Assembly: GCA_965216875.1 (NCBI GenBank)
Contig: OZ244207.1
Location: forward strand, 7,296,001 to 7,360,000
DNA from: Rubripirellula sp.
GTDB lineage: Bacteria > Planctomycetota > Planctomycetia > Pirellulales > Pirellulaceae
DNA: 64,000 nucleotides
Direction of reading: 5' to 3'
Below the pieces are notes generated by a model. That model saw nothing but the letters and a program-made list of their open reading frames with translations. It made no database searches and was not told where the DNA came from. Positions 17,709 to 28,900 of this stretch are shown one piece after another (position 1 is the stretch's first letter; every line of letters begins with the position of its first letter). The position numbers and the translations under genes were made by a program.

Positions 17709-19265
17709 ATGCAATTCGATCGATCACCCGCTCGCTTCCTTTCTTTCTTGGCCCTGACAACGGTGTTCCTGATGGCAGGTTCTCGGGCCAGCCAAGCAGC
17801 GGATACGCCAAACGTTCTGTTTATTCTTTGTGACGACCATCGGTTCGATTGCCTTGGCGCTGCAGGTCATCCTTTCCTCGAGACGCCCCACTTGGACGCG
17901 ATGGCACGCGACGGTGCAATGTTGACGCATGCGTACGTCACGACGTCACTTTGCTCTCCGAGTCGCGCTTCCATCCTGACAGGACAGTACGCGCACAATC
18001 ATCGCGTTGTCGACAACTACCATCCAGTCGATCCCAACCTGGTCTTCTTTCCACAACACCTTCAACAGGCGGGATACGAAACGGCTTTCATCGGTAAGTG
18101 GCACATGGGAGGTCACATCGATGACCCCCAGCGCGGGTTTGATCACTGGATCGCCTTCAAGGGCCAGGGAACGTATTGGCCTGATGGACATGGAACAACT
18201 CGCGAAGTTCCGCAAACGACGTACGATGGTTTCAACGTGAACGGGAAACGCGTTGAGCAAAAGGGATACATCACCGATGAACTGACCGACTTTGCAATCG
18301 ATTGGTTACAAGAACGCGATCAAGACAAACCGTTTTGTTTGTACGTTAGCCACAAAGCCGTTCACGCTGACTTTGTTCCGGCGGATCGACACCGCGGTCG
18401 CTACGACAACAAGAAGCTTCCCATTCGGACACCTTCAGTTGCTGAAATGGATGCCGGGAAGATGCCAATGTGGCTGCGAAACCAACGCAACAGCCGGCAT
18501 GGCGCCGAGTTCGGATACAACCTGCCCGACTTTTCACCCGAAGTTTACTATCGGCGCTATTGCGAATCGTTACTCGCTGTTGATGACAGCGTCGGGCGGT
18601 TGCGCAAGTTCCTGGCCGATCACGATTTGGACGAGGACACGATCGTTGTCTACATGGGGGACAACGGTTTTCAATTCGGCGATCACGGATTGATTGATAA
18701 GCGAACGGCGTACGAAGCGAGTGCAAAGGTACCGCTGTTGATGGTTGCGCCAGGGAAAATCCCGGCCGGTGAAACCTTCACAGGACTCGTGGGGAACATC
18801 GACATCGCGCCGACGCTACTGGAAGCGACCGGCGCGCCGAAGCTTAAACGTGCGGATGGCCAGAGTTTCTGGTCGGCACTCTGCAAGAGTGATCCCGATT
18901 CGCTTGACCGCAAACATCTTTTGTACGAGTACTATTGGGAACGCAATTACCCACACACACCAACGCTGCACGCCATCATCGGCGGCCGCTACAAGTACAT
19001 TCGAGTCCATGGGCTTTGGGATCGCGACGAGTTCTATGATCTCGAAACGGATCCTGGAGAGATGAACAATTTGATCGAAGCGCCTGAGCATGCTGAGCGA
19101 ATCGATCGCATGAACAAACAGCTGTGGAAGATGCTGTTTGACAGTGGCGGTCATGACGTGCCCCTACTCGAAGATCGTGGGCCGCGTTTTCCGTGGCGAC
19201 ATCCCGATCACGCGCCGCAAGCGCCGTTCCCCGGCGAGTATTTTCGGGAAACGGAAAAGGGCTGA
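17709..19265 (+). CDS. Sulfatase (S1 formylglycine-dependent)
   Basis: NVLFILCDD, CSPSRASILTG, GKWH, DNG, DKR motifs; signal peptide. Confidence 0.95.
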   Translation: MQFDRSPARFLSFLALTTVFLMAGSRASQAADTPNVLFILCDDHRFDCLGAAGHPFLETPHLDAMARDGAMLTHAYVTTSLCSPSRASILTGQYAHNHRVVDNYHPVDPNLVFFPQHLQQAGYETAFIGKWHMGGHIDDPQRGFDHWIAFKGQGTYWPDGHGTTREVPQTTYDGFNVNGKRVEQKGYITDELTDFAIDWLQERDQDKPFCLYVSHKAVHADFVPADRHRGRYDNKKLPIRTPSVAEMDAGKMPMWLRNQRNSRHGAEFGYNLPDFSPEVYYRRYCESLLAVDDSVGRLRKFLADHDLDEDTIVVYMGDNGFQFGDHGLIDKRTAYEASAKVPLLMVAPGKIPAGETFTGLVGNIDIAPTLLEATGAPKLKRADGQSFWSALCKSDPDSLDRKHLLYEYYWERNYPHTPTLHAIIGGRYKYIRVHGLWDRDEFYDLETDPGEMNNLIEAPEHAERIDRMNKQLWKMLFDSGGHDVPLLEDRGPRFPWRHPDHAPQAPFPGEYFRETEKG

Positions 19266-19328
19266 GAAGTAGACGGACTGGGCTCCGTTGATACGGCGAG
19301 AGATCGGATGGAAAGGCACCGCCGGTTG

Positions 19329-21434
19329 CTAGACCGCAACGGGCGTCGGGGCGGGTGCTTTTTCCGATTCAAAGATCTCGCAACCATCGCGAACGGGGGC
19401 ATCCCAGTCGGCACCGCACGCCGGGCATCGCGATTGATCGACACGCATCCGTTCGTCGCAGCTGCCGCATACGCAGCTTGCTTGTTTGGCGTACAGGACG
19501 TAGATCGCTAGCACGTTTGCTAGGCCCAACAGCAGGCTTGTGATCGACCAGCCAATGGTTGCGTTTCTCGACAAACGACGTTGTCGACAAGCGATGATGG
19601 TCAAGGCGAGGGCAATGACCATATGAATCACGACCAGCGTCCAGATCACGGCGTTGACACGTGGCGATTGGCGAACCATCGGGATGCCCAAGTCAAACGC
19701 ACCGTTGGCATGCGCAAAAGCCTCGGCGATCATCGCGGCGACCGGTGGGAAGCCTGCCGTTACTAACATGTTGCTGTCGATTACATCATAGCGCTGAAAG
19801 TGAGTCACGATCAGCGTTGATGAAACCCTCACATTCTCGTTATTGAACTTGTGGATCGTGTAGTGATTGAATCCGTTCGATTCGGCAACGACGAAAAGGT
19901 CGCCAGCCTTGGCAATCGAAACCTGTGCCTCGGGGTCGCTTTCAAGTGACAGCTCACGTGTTTTGGTGAGGTCGACGGGACGGTTCGACATGTACTGTGC
20001 GATTTCGGGGCTCGGATCGGGCTCTGAAGCTTCCGGGGTTGATCCCTCAGCGGACGTGACGTCGTACGCGATCAGCTTTGCACCGGACTGAATCCAAAGC
20101 TGATTGGTGTCTTCGCCCACATACATCCAACCCACACCATCAATCGGTTGTTTCATGAGTGTCCGCACCGTCGTGCCATCGCGCGAAACTTGATAGACGC
20201 CCCCACGATCTACAAGTAGCGAAGTGGTTCCGAGTGTGGAACTGGCAAACATCACCGGCGAGGGGCCATCGAACTTTTCGCCCATTTCGCCAGCACCTGA
20301 TCGCGTGAGATAACCGCGGAACTTTTTATGGTGGCGGTCGTACAACATGTAGTATCCGTCACGGTGATAGATGCTTTCGTAGGTTCCGAATTGGTTGTAG
20401 CCCCAATGTTGGTACGGATTCAGCACGGATTGAGTTTGGTTCAGCAGAGGGCTGAATTGGACGAAGGACTCGAGGTGCCCGCCTGAATACGATGGCGGCT
20501 TGGGGGCTGGATCACCTGAGCCGTTGTTCTCAATCGCCGGCGCCGCGGCTTCGACAATGTTTCGATAGGCACCTGATGGGGTGTCAAATTCTTGACGCAC
20601 CAGTGCATCGTAAACCGTTCCCTCTTCGTCAACACGAAGCGATGATTGGCCCGTCATCCCATACTGGGGCTGAAGACTCGGGATGTTGGTGATGGTGGCA
20701 ACGCCAATTGTCGACACCACGATCACGCAACAGACGACCAGCATCAGTGCCGCGGGTTTGAACACGGATCCTTTGCGACTTGAGGGCGGGAGGTTGGACA
20801 GCCGAACGAAGGCGTGGCGGGCCGAAAGGTAAGCCAACGCGATGAGAACGCCGATGACCGAAATCCACACCAGCAAGACTGACCAGGTTCTCGATGATTC
20901 GACCGCGGCGAAACTGAACACCATGGGGACGATGGCAGCAACCAACGGTAGCGTACGCGTTCCGACCCAACGTGCTGGCCGGCTGACCATCCAACATGTC
21001 GCTGGATGGCACGCAAAACAACTGACGCCGACGATCAGGCCTGCCAACACTTGAACGGGCTGCATTGGGCGCGTTTCGGGGGCGACCATCATCACCCAAA
21101 ATGTTGTGTAGAGAAGCGGAATGCCCAAGCAGAGTCCATAAATCGTCGCGGCGACGATCGTTTTTGCGGCAAAGATCTGCTTTCGAGAGACGGGCCGCGA
21201 GAGCAGCAAGCCGCGCGAGTCAGAACGCGACTCGGGAAGTGTCTGCAGTAGCGCCATCAAGATCGCCGTGACGGCACCTGTCATCGCAACGGCGACGGAC
21301 AGCTCCGAAATGAAATTGTTGTACCGAATTCCTGGACCAGGAAGGATCGAATAGATCGCCAACGAAAAGGCGATCAGCGGCAGCGGCGCCCAACGAATCA
21401 GCTCTCGCCACTCTTTCCAAAGCATCATTTTCAT
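19329..21434 (-). CDS. ABC transporter permease-like membrane protein with large extracytoplasmic domain and C-terminal zinc ribbon
   Basis: LWKEWRE start, LLSRPVSR motif, multiple TM, CGSC…CPAC; in operon with ATPase and GntR. Confidence 0.8.
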   Translation of the reverse strand: MKMMLWKEWRELIRWAPLPLIAFSLAIYSILPGPGIRYNNFISELSVAVAMTGAVTAILMALLQTLPESRSDSRGLLLSRPVSRKQIFAAKTIVAATIYGLCLGIPLLYTTFWVMMVAPETRPMQPVQVLAGLIVGVSCFACHPATCWMVSRPARWVGTRTLPLVAAIVPMVFSFAAVESSRTWSVLLVWISVIGVLIALAYLSARHAFVRLSNLPPSSRKGSVFKPAALMLVVCCVIVVSTIGVATITNIPSLQPQYGMTGQSSLRVDEEGTVYDALVRQEFDTPSGAYRNIVEAAAPAIENNGSGDPAPKPPSYSGGHLESFVQFSPLLNQTQSVLNPYQHWGYNQFGTYESIYHRDGYYMLYDRHHKKFRGYLTRSGAGEMGEKFDGPSPVMFASSTLGTTSLLVDRGGVYQVSRDGTTVRTLMKQPIDGVGWMYVGEDTNQLWIQSGAKLIAYDVTSAEGSTPEASEPDPSPEIAQYMSNRPVDLTKTRELSLESDPEAQVSIAKAGDLFVVAESNGFNHYTIHKFNNENVRVSSTLIVTHFQRYDVIDSNMLVTAGFPPVAAMIAEAFAHANGAFDLGIPMVRQSPRVNAVIWTLVVIHMVIALALTIIACRQRRLSRNATIGWSITSLLLGLANVLAIYVLYAKQASCVCGSCDERMRVDQSRCPACGADWDAPVRDGCEIFESEKAPAPTPVAV

Positions 21435-21458
21435 GTGACAAACTCCGAGGCGATTCGC

Positions 21459-22406
21459 TCAAGCGTTAGTAAGTTGGAAGAAAGATCGATCGGACCGAGT
21501 TCGCGACAAGTAAGCGAGCACGGCTTCGTCCAGCGAGGTGGGCAGCGATTCCATTTCGTCGGCCCCCAGCCGGTTCAACGCTGCCAATGATTCGTCATCT
21601 TGGTCAGCGATTGAAAGGATGAGGCGGTCATAGATTTGCCGGGCCTCGATCAACCCACCAATTGCCGCGACGCCATTTCGTTGCACCAAGACGTCGTCGC
21701 CGCCACCGTCGAATCGGAGCGACCAGCGTGAAACGCGATCGCGAAAGTCGTCGAGTGTTGTGTCGACGACCAAGCGACCTTCGCACATCACGGCAACACG
21801 ATCGGAGACGCGTTCGACATCATCGATGAGGTGACTGCTCATCAACACGGTGCGGTTGCCGGCTGCGGCGTATTCGACAAGCGTTTCATTGAGCGCGCGG
21901 CGGCTGACTGGATCGAGACCCAACGCAGGGTCGTCCAAGATCATCAATTCGGGTTGGGCCGATAGCGTTGCGGCGAGCGACACGCCAGCACGCTGTCCAC
22001 GACTGAGCGATCCCACCTTGTCAGACAGTTCGATTCCGAAGTGCCTGATGATCGACTCATACTGCCGTGCGTCCCATGCTGAATGGCCGCTCGCCGCAAA
22101 ACGCCCCACCTCAGAGACACGCATCCAGCCATAGAGCGTGTGTCCCTCAATCATGTAGCCGATGCGCGCCAAGTCCTCAGGACGCAGTTCATCGCTCTCG
22201 CGACCGAGCGTGCGACAACTTCCACGCGTGGGGCTCAACAGGCCCATCATCATGCGAATCGTCGTTGTTTTCCCGGCGCCGTTGAGCCCCAATAACGCCG
22301 TGACTTTGCCTGTTTGAAGTTCAAAGTCCAGATCATGCACCACCGGCTTGTTGCCGAAGTAACGGGTCAAACGACACGTCTGGATGGCTGGTGTCATACT
22401 CATCAT
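21459..22406 (-). CDS. ABC transporter ATP-binding protein (YtrB-like)
   Basis: GLNGAGKTT, LSRGQ, ILDDPALGLD, SSH. Confidence 0.93.
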   Translation of the reverse strand: MMSMTPAIQTCRLTRYFGNKPVVHDLDFELQTGKVTALLGLNGAGKTTTIRMMMGLLSPTRGSCRTLGRESDELRPEDLARIGYMIEGHTLYGWMRVSEVGRFAASGHSAWDARQYESIIRHFGIELSDKVGSLSRGQRAGVSLAATLSAQPELMILDDPALGLDPVSRRALNETLVEYAAAGNRTVLMSSHLIDDVERVSDRVAVMCEGRLVVDTTLDDFRDRVSRWSLRFDGGGDDVLVQRNGVAAIGGLIEARQIYDRLILSIADQDDESLAALNRLGADEMESLPTSLDEAVLAYLSRTRSDRSFFQLTNA

Positions 22407-22424
22407 TCACCTTGCTTGTCCGGT

Positions 22425-22829
22425 TCAAGAAGCTTCGCTGGCTTCGGGCGGCCGAAGCTCTTGCAAACGTTTATCAACGGCCGAAAGGATCTCGTCGGGA
22501 GTGAACCCCAGTGTGATCGCTTCGGATAGGAAAGGATCGAGAACACCCCGCAGGCGCCGGCGGCTCTCGGCCTTGGTGTAGATCTGTCTGGGGGCGGCCA
22601 CGAAGTAGCCGCGTCCTTGCTGGCTCTGCAAGACGCCGTCACGCACAAGCTGGGCGTAGGCCTTTGCGATCGTGTTTGGGTTCACCACCAGTTCTTTGGC
22701 CAGCGCCCGAACACTCGGTACGGAATCGCCGACCCGCAACGAACCGCCAGCAACCTGGGCGCGAATCTGGTCGATCACCTGCCGAAAGATCGGCTGCGAA
22801 CCACCTGTGGAGATTTGAATGCGAGACAT
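22425..22829 (-). CDS. GntR-family regulator, YtrA subfamily
   Basis: PIFRQV…PSVRALAKELVVNPNTIAKAY…GRGYFV with short C-terminal domain; precedes ABC genes. Confidence 0.93.
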   Translation of the reverse strand: MSRIQISTGGSQPIFRQVIDQIRAQVAGGSLRVGDSVPSVRALAKELVVNPNTIAKAYAQLVRDGVLQSQQGRGYFVAAPRQIYTKAESRRRLRGVLDPFLSEAITLGFTPDEILSAVDKRLQELRPPEASEAS

Positions 22830-22842
22830 TCGACTGACCTAT

Positions 22843-22890
22843 CTGTACTGCGTTTAGTAGTACAGTAGGCATGTTGGCGATCGCGGTCAA
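22843..22890 (-). promoter_or_regulatory. sigma70 promoter overlapped by a YtrA-type operator
   Basis: Minus strand TTGACC (22890-22885), 17 nt, TACTGT (22867-22862); palindrome CTGTACT-N9-AGTACAG (22843-22865) = TGTA-N13-TACA. Confidence 0.8.
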
Positions 22891-22926
22891 GCCTTTTTTT
22901 CAGGAAAGTTGGTTGCGGCGGCCAAG

Positions 22927-23093
22927 GTGAGCCGAACGCGCTCGCGTCGGCCCTCTCAGCGTTGGGCTTAGGAAATGAGACTGAAGAAGCCACAGAGGGC
23001 ACGGAGAGCACCGAGCAAGAAACCGATCGTTTCTGCTCCTACTCGTACTCAGCAAAGCGGTGCTCGCAGAATCCTGGGATCTCCGTGGCTCAA
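22927..23093. repeat. REP composite: family C half plus family F-like element
   Basis: gtgagccgaacgcgctcgcgtcggccc at 22927-22953; gccacagagggcacggagagcaccgag … ctccgtggctc. Confidence 0.7.
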
Positions 23094-23362
23094 AAAGAAC
23101 CGGGGCGAGCGTTTTGCCGCTCACCGTGAGCTGCCATCGCATGCCACTTGGTAATGGTCGAACCGATCATTCCGGTCGCGCGGGGGTCGGAGTTGCGCAA
23201 GCTGGGAAATCGTCCCGCGGCGGCTCACACCCAGTTTCCGTGGCCTAGGTTTTCCACAGAGAGTCCCAAATACCGTCGCTCTCGCTGCGCTATCGGATCG
23301 CCCGCGGGGGCGCACCGACTGGCTGCAGTTTCCATTCACGGTTCGTACGAAGTCAAACAGCG

Positions 23363-23824
23363 ATGTCCACATCGATTACCAAACGCCGTAAAACGCTGGT
23401 CGACCCCGAAGTTCAAGGGGGAGTTCTGCGGAAGATCGCGATCCATTGGGTCACGTTTTTCCTGTGCAATGCGATCGCACTCGTTATCTGGATTCGACTG
23501 TTTGAACAGCCTGATGCTGATTGGGGACAAACGGCAGGCGACACGCTACGGCGCTTCCTACCGTTCTTCATTATCACGATGGCGCTGATCCCAGCATTTG
23601 TCTGGGACACGCTCAAGCTGACCAACCGATTTGCCGGGCCGATCCAACGATTGCGCAGTGCCCTTGCTGATGCGGGTGCGGGTCGCGCGGTCGCCCCGTT
23701 GCACTTCCGAAACAACGACTTTTGGCAAGAGATGGCATCGAACTTCAACGCGATGATGCAACGTTGCCAACCGGCTGCCGCCGAGGGTGACGGTGAAGCC
23801 AGCGACGAAGACGCAACCCACTGA
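23363..23824 (+). CDS. Small 2-TM protein with HAMP-like C-terminus and no output domain
   Basis: Two TM helices then TNRFAGPIQRL…FRNNDFWQEMASNFNAM. Confidence 0.8.
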   Translation: MSTSITKRRKTLVDPEVQGGVLRKIAIHWVTFFLCNAIALVIWIRLFEQPDADWGQTAGDTLRRFLPFFIITMALIPAFVWDTLKLTNRFAGPIQRLRSALADAGAGRAVAPLHFRNNDFWQEMASNFNAMMQRCQPAAAEGDGEASDEDATH

Positions 23825-23843
23825 TCGACCTCACCGGTGAACC

Positions 23844-24245
23844 ATGAACGCACGCATTAAACGTACGAAACGACGCGGTGCCGCAGCGGTTGAATTTGCT
23901 GTTTGCCTGCCGGTCATCATCTTGTTGGTCTTCGGGTCGATCGAAGCATCAAGTTTCATTTTCCTCAAGCAGTCGCTGAACGTGGCGGCATATGAGGGGA
24001 TTCGCGAAGCGATCCGCGTTGGATCGGGCAACGCCGACGGAATCGATCGCGCTCAGAACATTTTGAATGCACGGAACGTCAACGATTTTCAGGTTCGTTT
24101 TCCAGATGGTGATGCCGGCGAAGCGGATCGCGGCGACGAGATCGTGATCGAAGTGAGTGCTCCCACCGAAACCAATAGTCCACTTGCTGGCCAGTTTGTC
24201 ACCAACCGAATCTTGACCGCTCGCGTTGTGATGGTGAAAGAATGA
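23844..24245 (+). CDS. TadE-like pseudopilin
   Basis: RRG|AAAVEFA prepilin motif, AAYEGIR. Confidence 0.9.
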   Translation: MNARIKRTKRRGAAAVEFAVCLPVIILLVFGSIEASSFIFLKQSLNVAAYEGIREAIRVGSGNADGIDRAQNILNARNVNDFQVRFPDGDAGEADRGDEIVIEVSAPTETNSPLAGQFVTNRILTARVVMVKE

Positions 24246-25291
24246 CCCCTTTGCAAACTTCCCATCTGAAATGCCGCCACATGCGCGGCCAACGTCGGCG
24301 TGGTGCCATGTTGGTGCTTGTCGCCATCATGATGCTTGGTTTCATGGTGGCGGTTGCCTTTTCGGTTGACATTGCCCACATGCACTTGGCACGGACCGAA
24401 CTGCGCACGGCGACCGACGCTGCCTCCAAGGCCGCAGCGGCAACGCTTGCTGACACGTCCAATCTGGAATCCGCCATCACGCGTGGTCGCGAAATCGCTG
24501 CCGAGAACTCGGTCAACGGCACGCCGCTGTTGCTCGACAATCAAGATTTTCAGTTTGGACGCAGTGTTGAAAACGCAGCCGGTCGCTTCGAGTTCACCTC
24601 GGGACAAACTCCGCGCAACAGTGTTCGTGTGAATGGTCGTCGAACGGTCGGGTCTCCTTCAGGTCCCATTCCCCTGTTTTTTGGAAACCTGCTTGGGGTC
24701 GACTTCTTCGAGCCACAGTCGCACACCATTGCGACCTATATCGAACGCGACATCGTTTTGGTGGTGGACCGCAGTGGTTCGATGCGAGGATCAAAATTCC
24801 GCGATTTGGTTTCGGCGATCAACGTTTTTGTCGAAACCCTTGAAGAGACACCGAGCGAAGAACGCGTCGGTCTCGCTTCGTACAGCGACAGTGCTTCGGC
24901 CGATCACCAGTTGACCGAAAACCTGGAAGAGATCGCCGACACGGTTCGCGGACTGCGCGTTCGCGGTTTGACGAGCATTTCTCGTGGAATGGACGCCGGT
25001 CGCACGATCATGAATGGCAGTCGAGGTGCTGAGTTCGTCGAACGCACCATGATTGTGATGACCGATGGTCGACATAACCGCGGGCCGGAGCCACGAACGA
25101 CTGCAACGACGCTGGCCGCCGACGGTGTGAAGATTCATACGATCACGTTCGGAAGTGATGCGGATCGCACCCGAATGCAAGAAGTCGCTCAGATCGGCGG
25201 CGGACGACACTTCCATGCCGAAAACGGCGCGCAACTTCGCGAGGTCTATCGCGAAATCGCCCTGACGCTCAGCACGATGATCACGGAGTAA
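24242..25291 (+). CDS. TadG-like pilus protein with vWA domain
   Basis: RRG|AMLVLV, DIAH…ELRTATDAASKAA Tad domain; MIDAS DRSGS…T…TDG. Confidence 0.9.
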   Translation: MTPLQTSHLKCRHMRGQRRRGAMLVLVAIMMLGFMVAVAFSVDIAHMHLARTELRTATDAASKAAAATLADTSNLESAITRGREIAAENSVNGTPLLLDNQDFQFGRSVENAAGRFEFTSGQTPRNSVRVNGRRTVGSPSGPIPLFFGNLLGVDFFEPQSHTIATYIERDIVLVVDRSGSMRGSKFRDLVSAINVFVETLEETPSEERVGLASYSDSASADHQLTENLEEIADTVRGLRVRGLTSISRGMDAGRTIMNGSRGAEFVERTMIVMTDGRHNRGPEPRTTATTLAADGVKIHTITFGSDADRTRMQEVAQIGGGRHFHAENGAQLREVYREIALTLSTMITE

Positions 25292-25295
25292 AACG

Positions 25296-25715
25296 ATGTC
25301 ACGAATCATCCGTCATCGCAACAAAACAGCCAAGCAGTCGCGTGGTGCGGTTGCCGTCGAGTTTGCAGTCGTTGTTCCGCTGCTGTTCCTGTTTTTCTTC
25401 GCAGCGTTCGAGTTCTGTCGTGTCGCAATGATTCGACACACAGCCGACAACGCCGTCTACGAAGCCTGTCGCGCAGGAATCATCCCAGGGGCCTCGGCGG
25501 CTGACGCCCAGGCACAAGCCGAGCAGATCATGAATTCGCTCGGTGTGACCAATGTCAACGTCACGGTAACGCCAGACACGATTCGAAGCGAAACCGAACA
25601 GGTAACCGTTCGGATCCAGGTGCCACTGGATGAAAACAGTTTCGTGCCTAATCAATTCGTCGCCGGGCAGTCGATTGTTCGTGAATTGACATTGCGCCGC
25701 GAGAACATGCGGTAA
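25296..25715 (+). CDS. TadE-like pseudopilin
   Basis: SRG|AVAVEFA, AVYEACR. Confidence 0.9.
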   Translation: MSRIIRHRNKTAKQSRGAVAVEFAVVVPLLFLFFFAAFEFCRVAMIRHTADNAVYEACRAGIIPGASAADAQAQAEQIMNSLGVTNVNVTVTPDTIRSETEQVTVRIQVPLDENSFVPNQFVAGQSIVRELTLRRENMR

Positions 25716-25722
25716 GCCCAAA

Positions 25723-25907
25723 TGTCGCCTTTCGCTCCGCGAAAGTAGCCCACGCAAACGCAACTTTTGCGGAGCAAAAGGCGACTATGTTTGTAACGCA
25801 CTCTTCGGACGCTCCGCGTCCTCAGCCCTGTGAGCCGTACGCGCTAGCGTCGGGCCCTGCGAAATGTGCAATCAAGGGTAAGGCCGCTAACGCGTTCGGC
25901 TCACAGG
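25723..25907. repeat. REP mosaic: family A pair, family B, family C pair
   Basis: gtcgcctttcgctccgcgaaagt / acttttgcggagcaaaaggcgac (25724-25785); cggacgctccgcgtcc (25806-25821); cctgtgagccgtacgcgctagcg / cgctaacgcgttcggctcacagg (25827-25907). Confidence 0.9.
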
Positions 25908-25937
25908 TGGCTTGAACCAATCGGATGCCTTGCGTCC

Positions 25938-28900
25938 CTATTTGTTTGCCTGCGGCACAGCCCGTTTTTGCGTGATGCTTTGAACAAGCGGTACGAGGAG
26001 GTCACTGCGTTTTTCTTTCACAGCCCGTTCGGTCTGTTCGCGTTTTTGCGAGGCCATCGCTTCCGCCGCCACCAAGCGATCAAATTCGACACCTGAGAGC
26101 ACGCGTTGTGACTCGGGAAGCAATTCGGGGTCGTAGGTCAGCCCCGGGTGATCCTGAGCGGTGGTGTAGAACTTCATCGATCGGTTCAATCGGCGACGAC
26201 GTTGTAGCTCTCGCTCGATCGCATCGATTCGCTGGTCGGCGGTGATTCGTTCGATGCCACGGGCCGCTTTCTTTTTGGCAGTGCCGAACGGATCGTAGTC
26301 GTCGCCCGAATCGGACGCACGATTCCACCAACCACGGCGACGCCCAAAGATATTCGTGACGATTTTGTCGGCTCGGTCATTCATGTGAGCAGACACGGCT
26401 CGGCTTCGTTTGAAGAAAGCGGTTGGAAAAATCGCCAAGTCCCAAACGGTTCGCGATCGCTTTGCCATGAATCGAATGTTCGCGATCAGTTCGTACAGGA
26501 GTTCTAAGCTCTCGGGGTGATCCTGCATTTGCTTGTAGGTCACGCCGTAATTCAGCGCTCGCTCGGCCAAGTAGTTTAGTTTTGGCAATAACGCTCGGAC
26601 GCCGCGGCGACCAAACACTTTCGATTTTCGCGCGTTGCGTTGTTCATTAAATAGATCGGTCAAGATTGAGTCGACAAGCTCATTGCCGATCTCCTCGACT
26701 TCTTCACGCGAAAGTGGACGCTCGATGTAGTTCTCTGCATAACGCGGGAACGTACGCTCACTGACCAGTCGGATGAATCGATCGACTTTGTCTTCGAATT
26801 TGAGTGCCAGAAAGATCCCGTGCTTGTTCGCCTTGCTGTTGATGAAGTCGTCATCTAACGCGTCCAGCTTGTCGACTTCAAAAAGAACGACGGAGCCCTT
26901 TGTCGTGTCGAGCGTTCGACGCAATTCGAGCGAACCAACCTTTCGTTGTTTAAAGAAGCCCCATGACGTGTCGCTATCGCCCGTGTCGTAGCGGTAGACA
27001 ATCACCCATCGATGAAGCGGGTCCGTTTTGCGCAGCTTTCGTTGCAAGTTGTGAGCCTGCTTGCGAAGCCATTTTTCTTTCGGCTGGAATAGGAAAGTGC
27101 GTTTGTTGATCGGGAAATCGTGCACGGCTCCCAGCGTGATGTCCGCGAACTCGCGGGCGTCGCTCGTCGCGCTTCCGACGAGGTCGTGCGACTGGTCGAC
27201 GTACCGGTTCCAACGTTTGACTTCTCGCAGGAATGATTTGGGGTCAAGCGTTTCGCTGGCAACACGTTTTTGATCCACCGGAATCAAAGCAGTGCGCAGC
27301 ATGTCCTCGCCCCCGGAGGTGGCATCGCCTACGAAATAGAACTTGATGTCGTAATCGGCTGCGGCTTTCAGGAATTGAGACTTCGCGAGCTGTTGATAGG
27401 CGTATGTCTTTCCGTCTGCTGTAAGGAAGTTGTTGTTGGGGACAATGATCGTCATGCCTCGCCACTGCTGCATCAGCGAGCGATCGTTCTGGACGATGCG
27501 TTCGAGATCAAAAAATCCGTAGTAGGACACATCCCAAACATCGAGTGTGCTGCCGAAGTAGTCGGCCATTTGCGACCAGTTTTGAATGTCGTTGAGACTT
27601 GTTTTCTGATTGGCCACCAATAGAAAGCGAGAGCCGTCTCGTTTTTGGTATCGCTGCGAAACACGGATAAACGTCTTGCGTGAATCGACACATCGAAATT
27701 GGTCGGACTGCTGGCTGCTTTGAGGCCGCTGCAGGTCTGCATCGACGCAGAGCTCGAATCCTTGATAAGCGACCACATCGGCCGAAGCATCGACGCCGAT
27801 GCGGGTTTCGATGATACGGGTTTCGCCAGGCTTGAACTCGCGTACCGCCGTGCGAAATGATTCGTCGGTCAGACTGTGCAATTGATCCTCGTCGTCAAAG
27901 AAAACGATCGCAGATCGATCGAGGTCTCCGCCAGAGAGTCGAATGCGACTTTGAACGGCGCGGTAGAGATGTTTGTGGTCGAAGGTTTCCGCCCCAATGT
28001 TTGTGACACCCAAAATCAGTCGCGTGGATTCGCCTGGCGCGAGGCTGCCGAGCGCCGTGATGGGCATCAATTCGATGGGGAACCGCAATTCAATTTCGTC
28101 GCCGTTTTCGAATTGGCGAAACGGTCGGCGAATCCCACTTTCAAGGCGTGCGATTGGATTGACCAAGTGCGACAACACGAAAGGCCGTCGCCGTGGTTGT
28201 TCGACGATGTAGTCGCCAGCGCGAAACTTGAGTCCGTGGTTTTCGAAGGTGTACGATTCACCTGGGGCGATCGATTGATGCAGCACCAAATCGACTTGGT
28301 CCGAAAGGACCCAGCGGTCCGGCGGTAGATGCAAGCGGACAGTGAAGTTTGCTGGCGTCGGCATGCCCCCGCAGTTGCGGATTTCGATAAAGTCAATTGA
28401 AAGCAGGCTGTCGGGTTCGAAGACTTCGTATTCGCTGGCAACGCGGAACGTGACCAGTTCGAGGTCAAACGGCGCCGGGTACTCGGTGACACCTGTTTTC
28501 GAGACGACTTCGATTCGAAACAAACCCGGTTGCCCAGGATGGCCATCGATCGCGCGGTAGGAGGAAGATGCACCGCTACGTCCATTGCGTCCTTTATGGC
28601 CGCCCGGATTGCTGTGAGAGGTTGTTCTTGATTTACGGTTGCCTTCGGAGTCGGTGTACCAATCGGTTTCGGTCCAGTGGTAACTACTGCCGCCGCGTCC
28701 ACCTTTTCCACCGGCACCTCCGCGACCTGGCAGTCCGGCAAAGCCAATGTCGCCGCCAGCACGATTGCCTTTGGCCAGCATGAGCAAACCCTGCTCGGCG
28801 TCGGAAACCCTCACGGTGATGTTGCCGCCACAGCCGCCGTCGGCACCGTCGGTTGGATTGCCAGCGTTGCCGCCATGTCCACCCGGGCCGCCATTGGAGC

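Noticed and set aside
23100..23362. Long GC-rich leader before the tad cassette as a possible riboswitch or ncRNA
   Set aside because: I could not recognise a consensus or a convincing structure by eye; needs an Infernal/Rfam search
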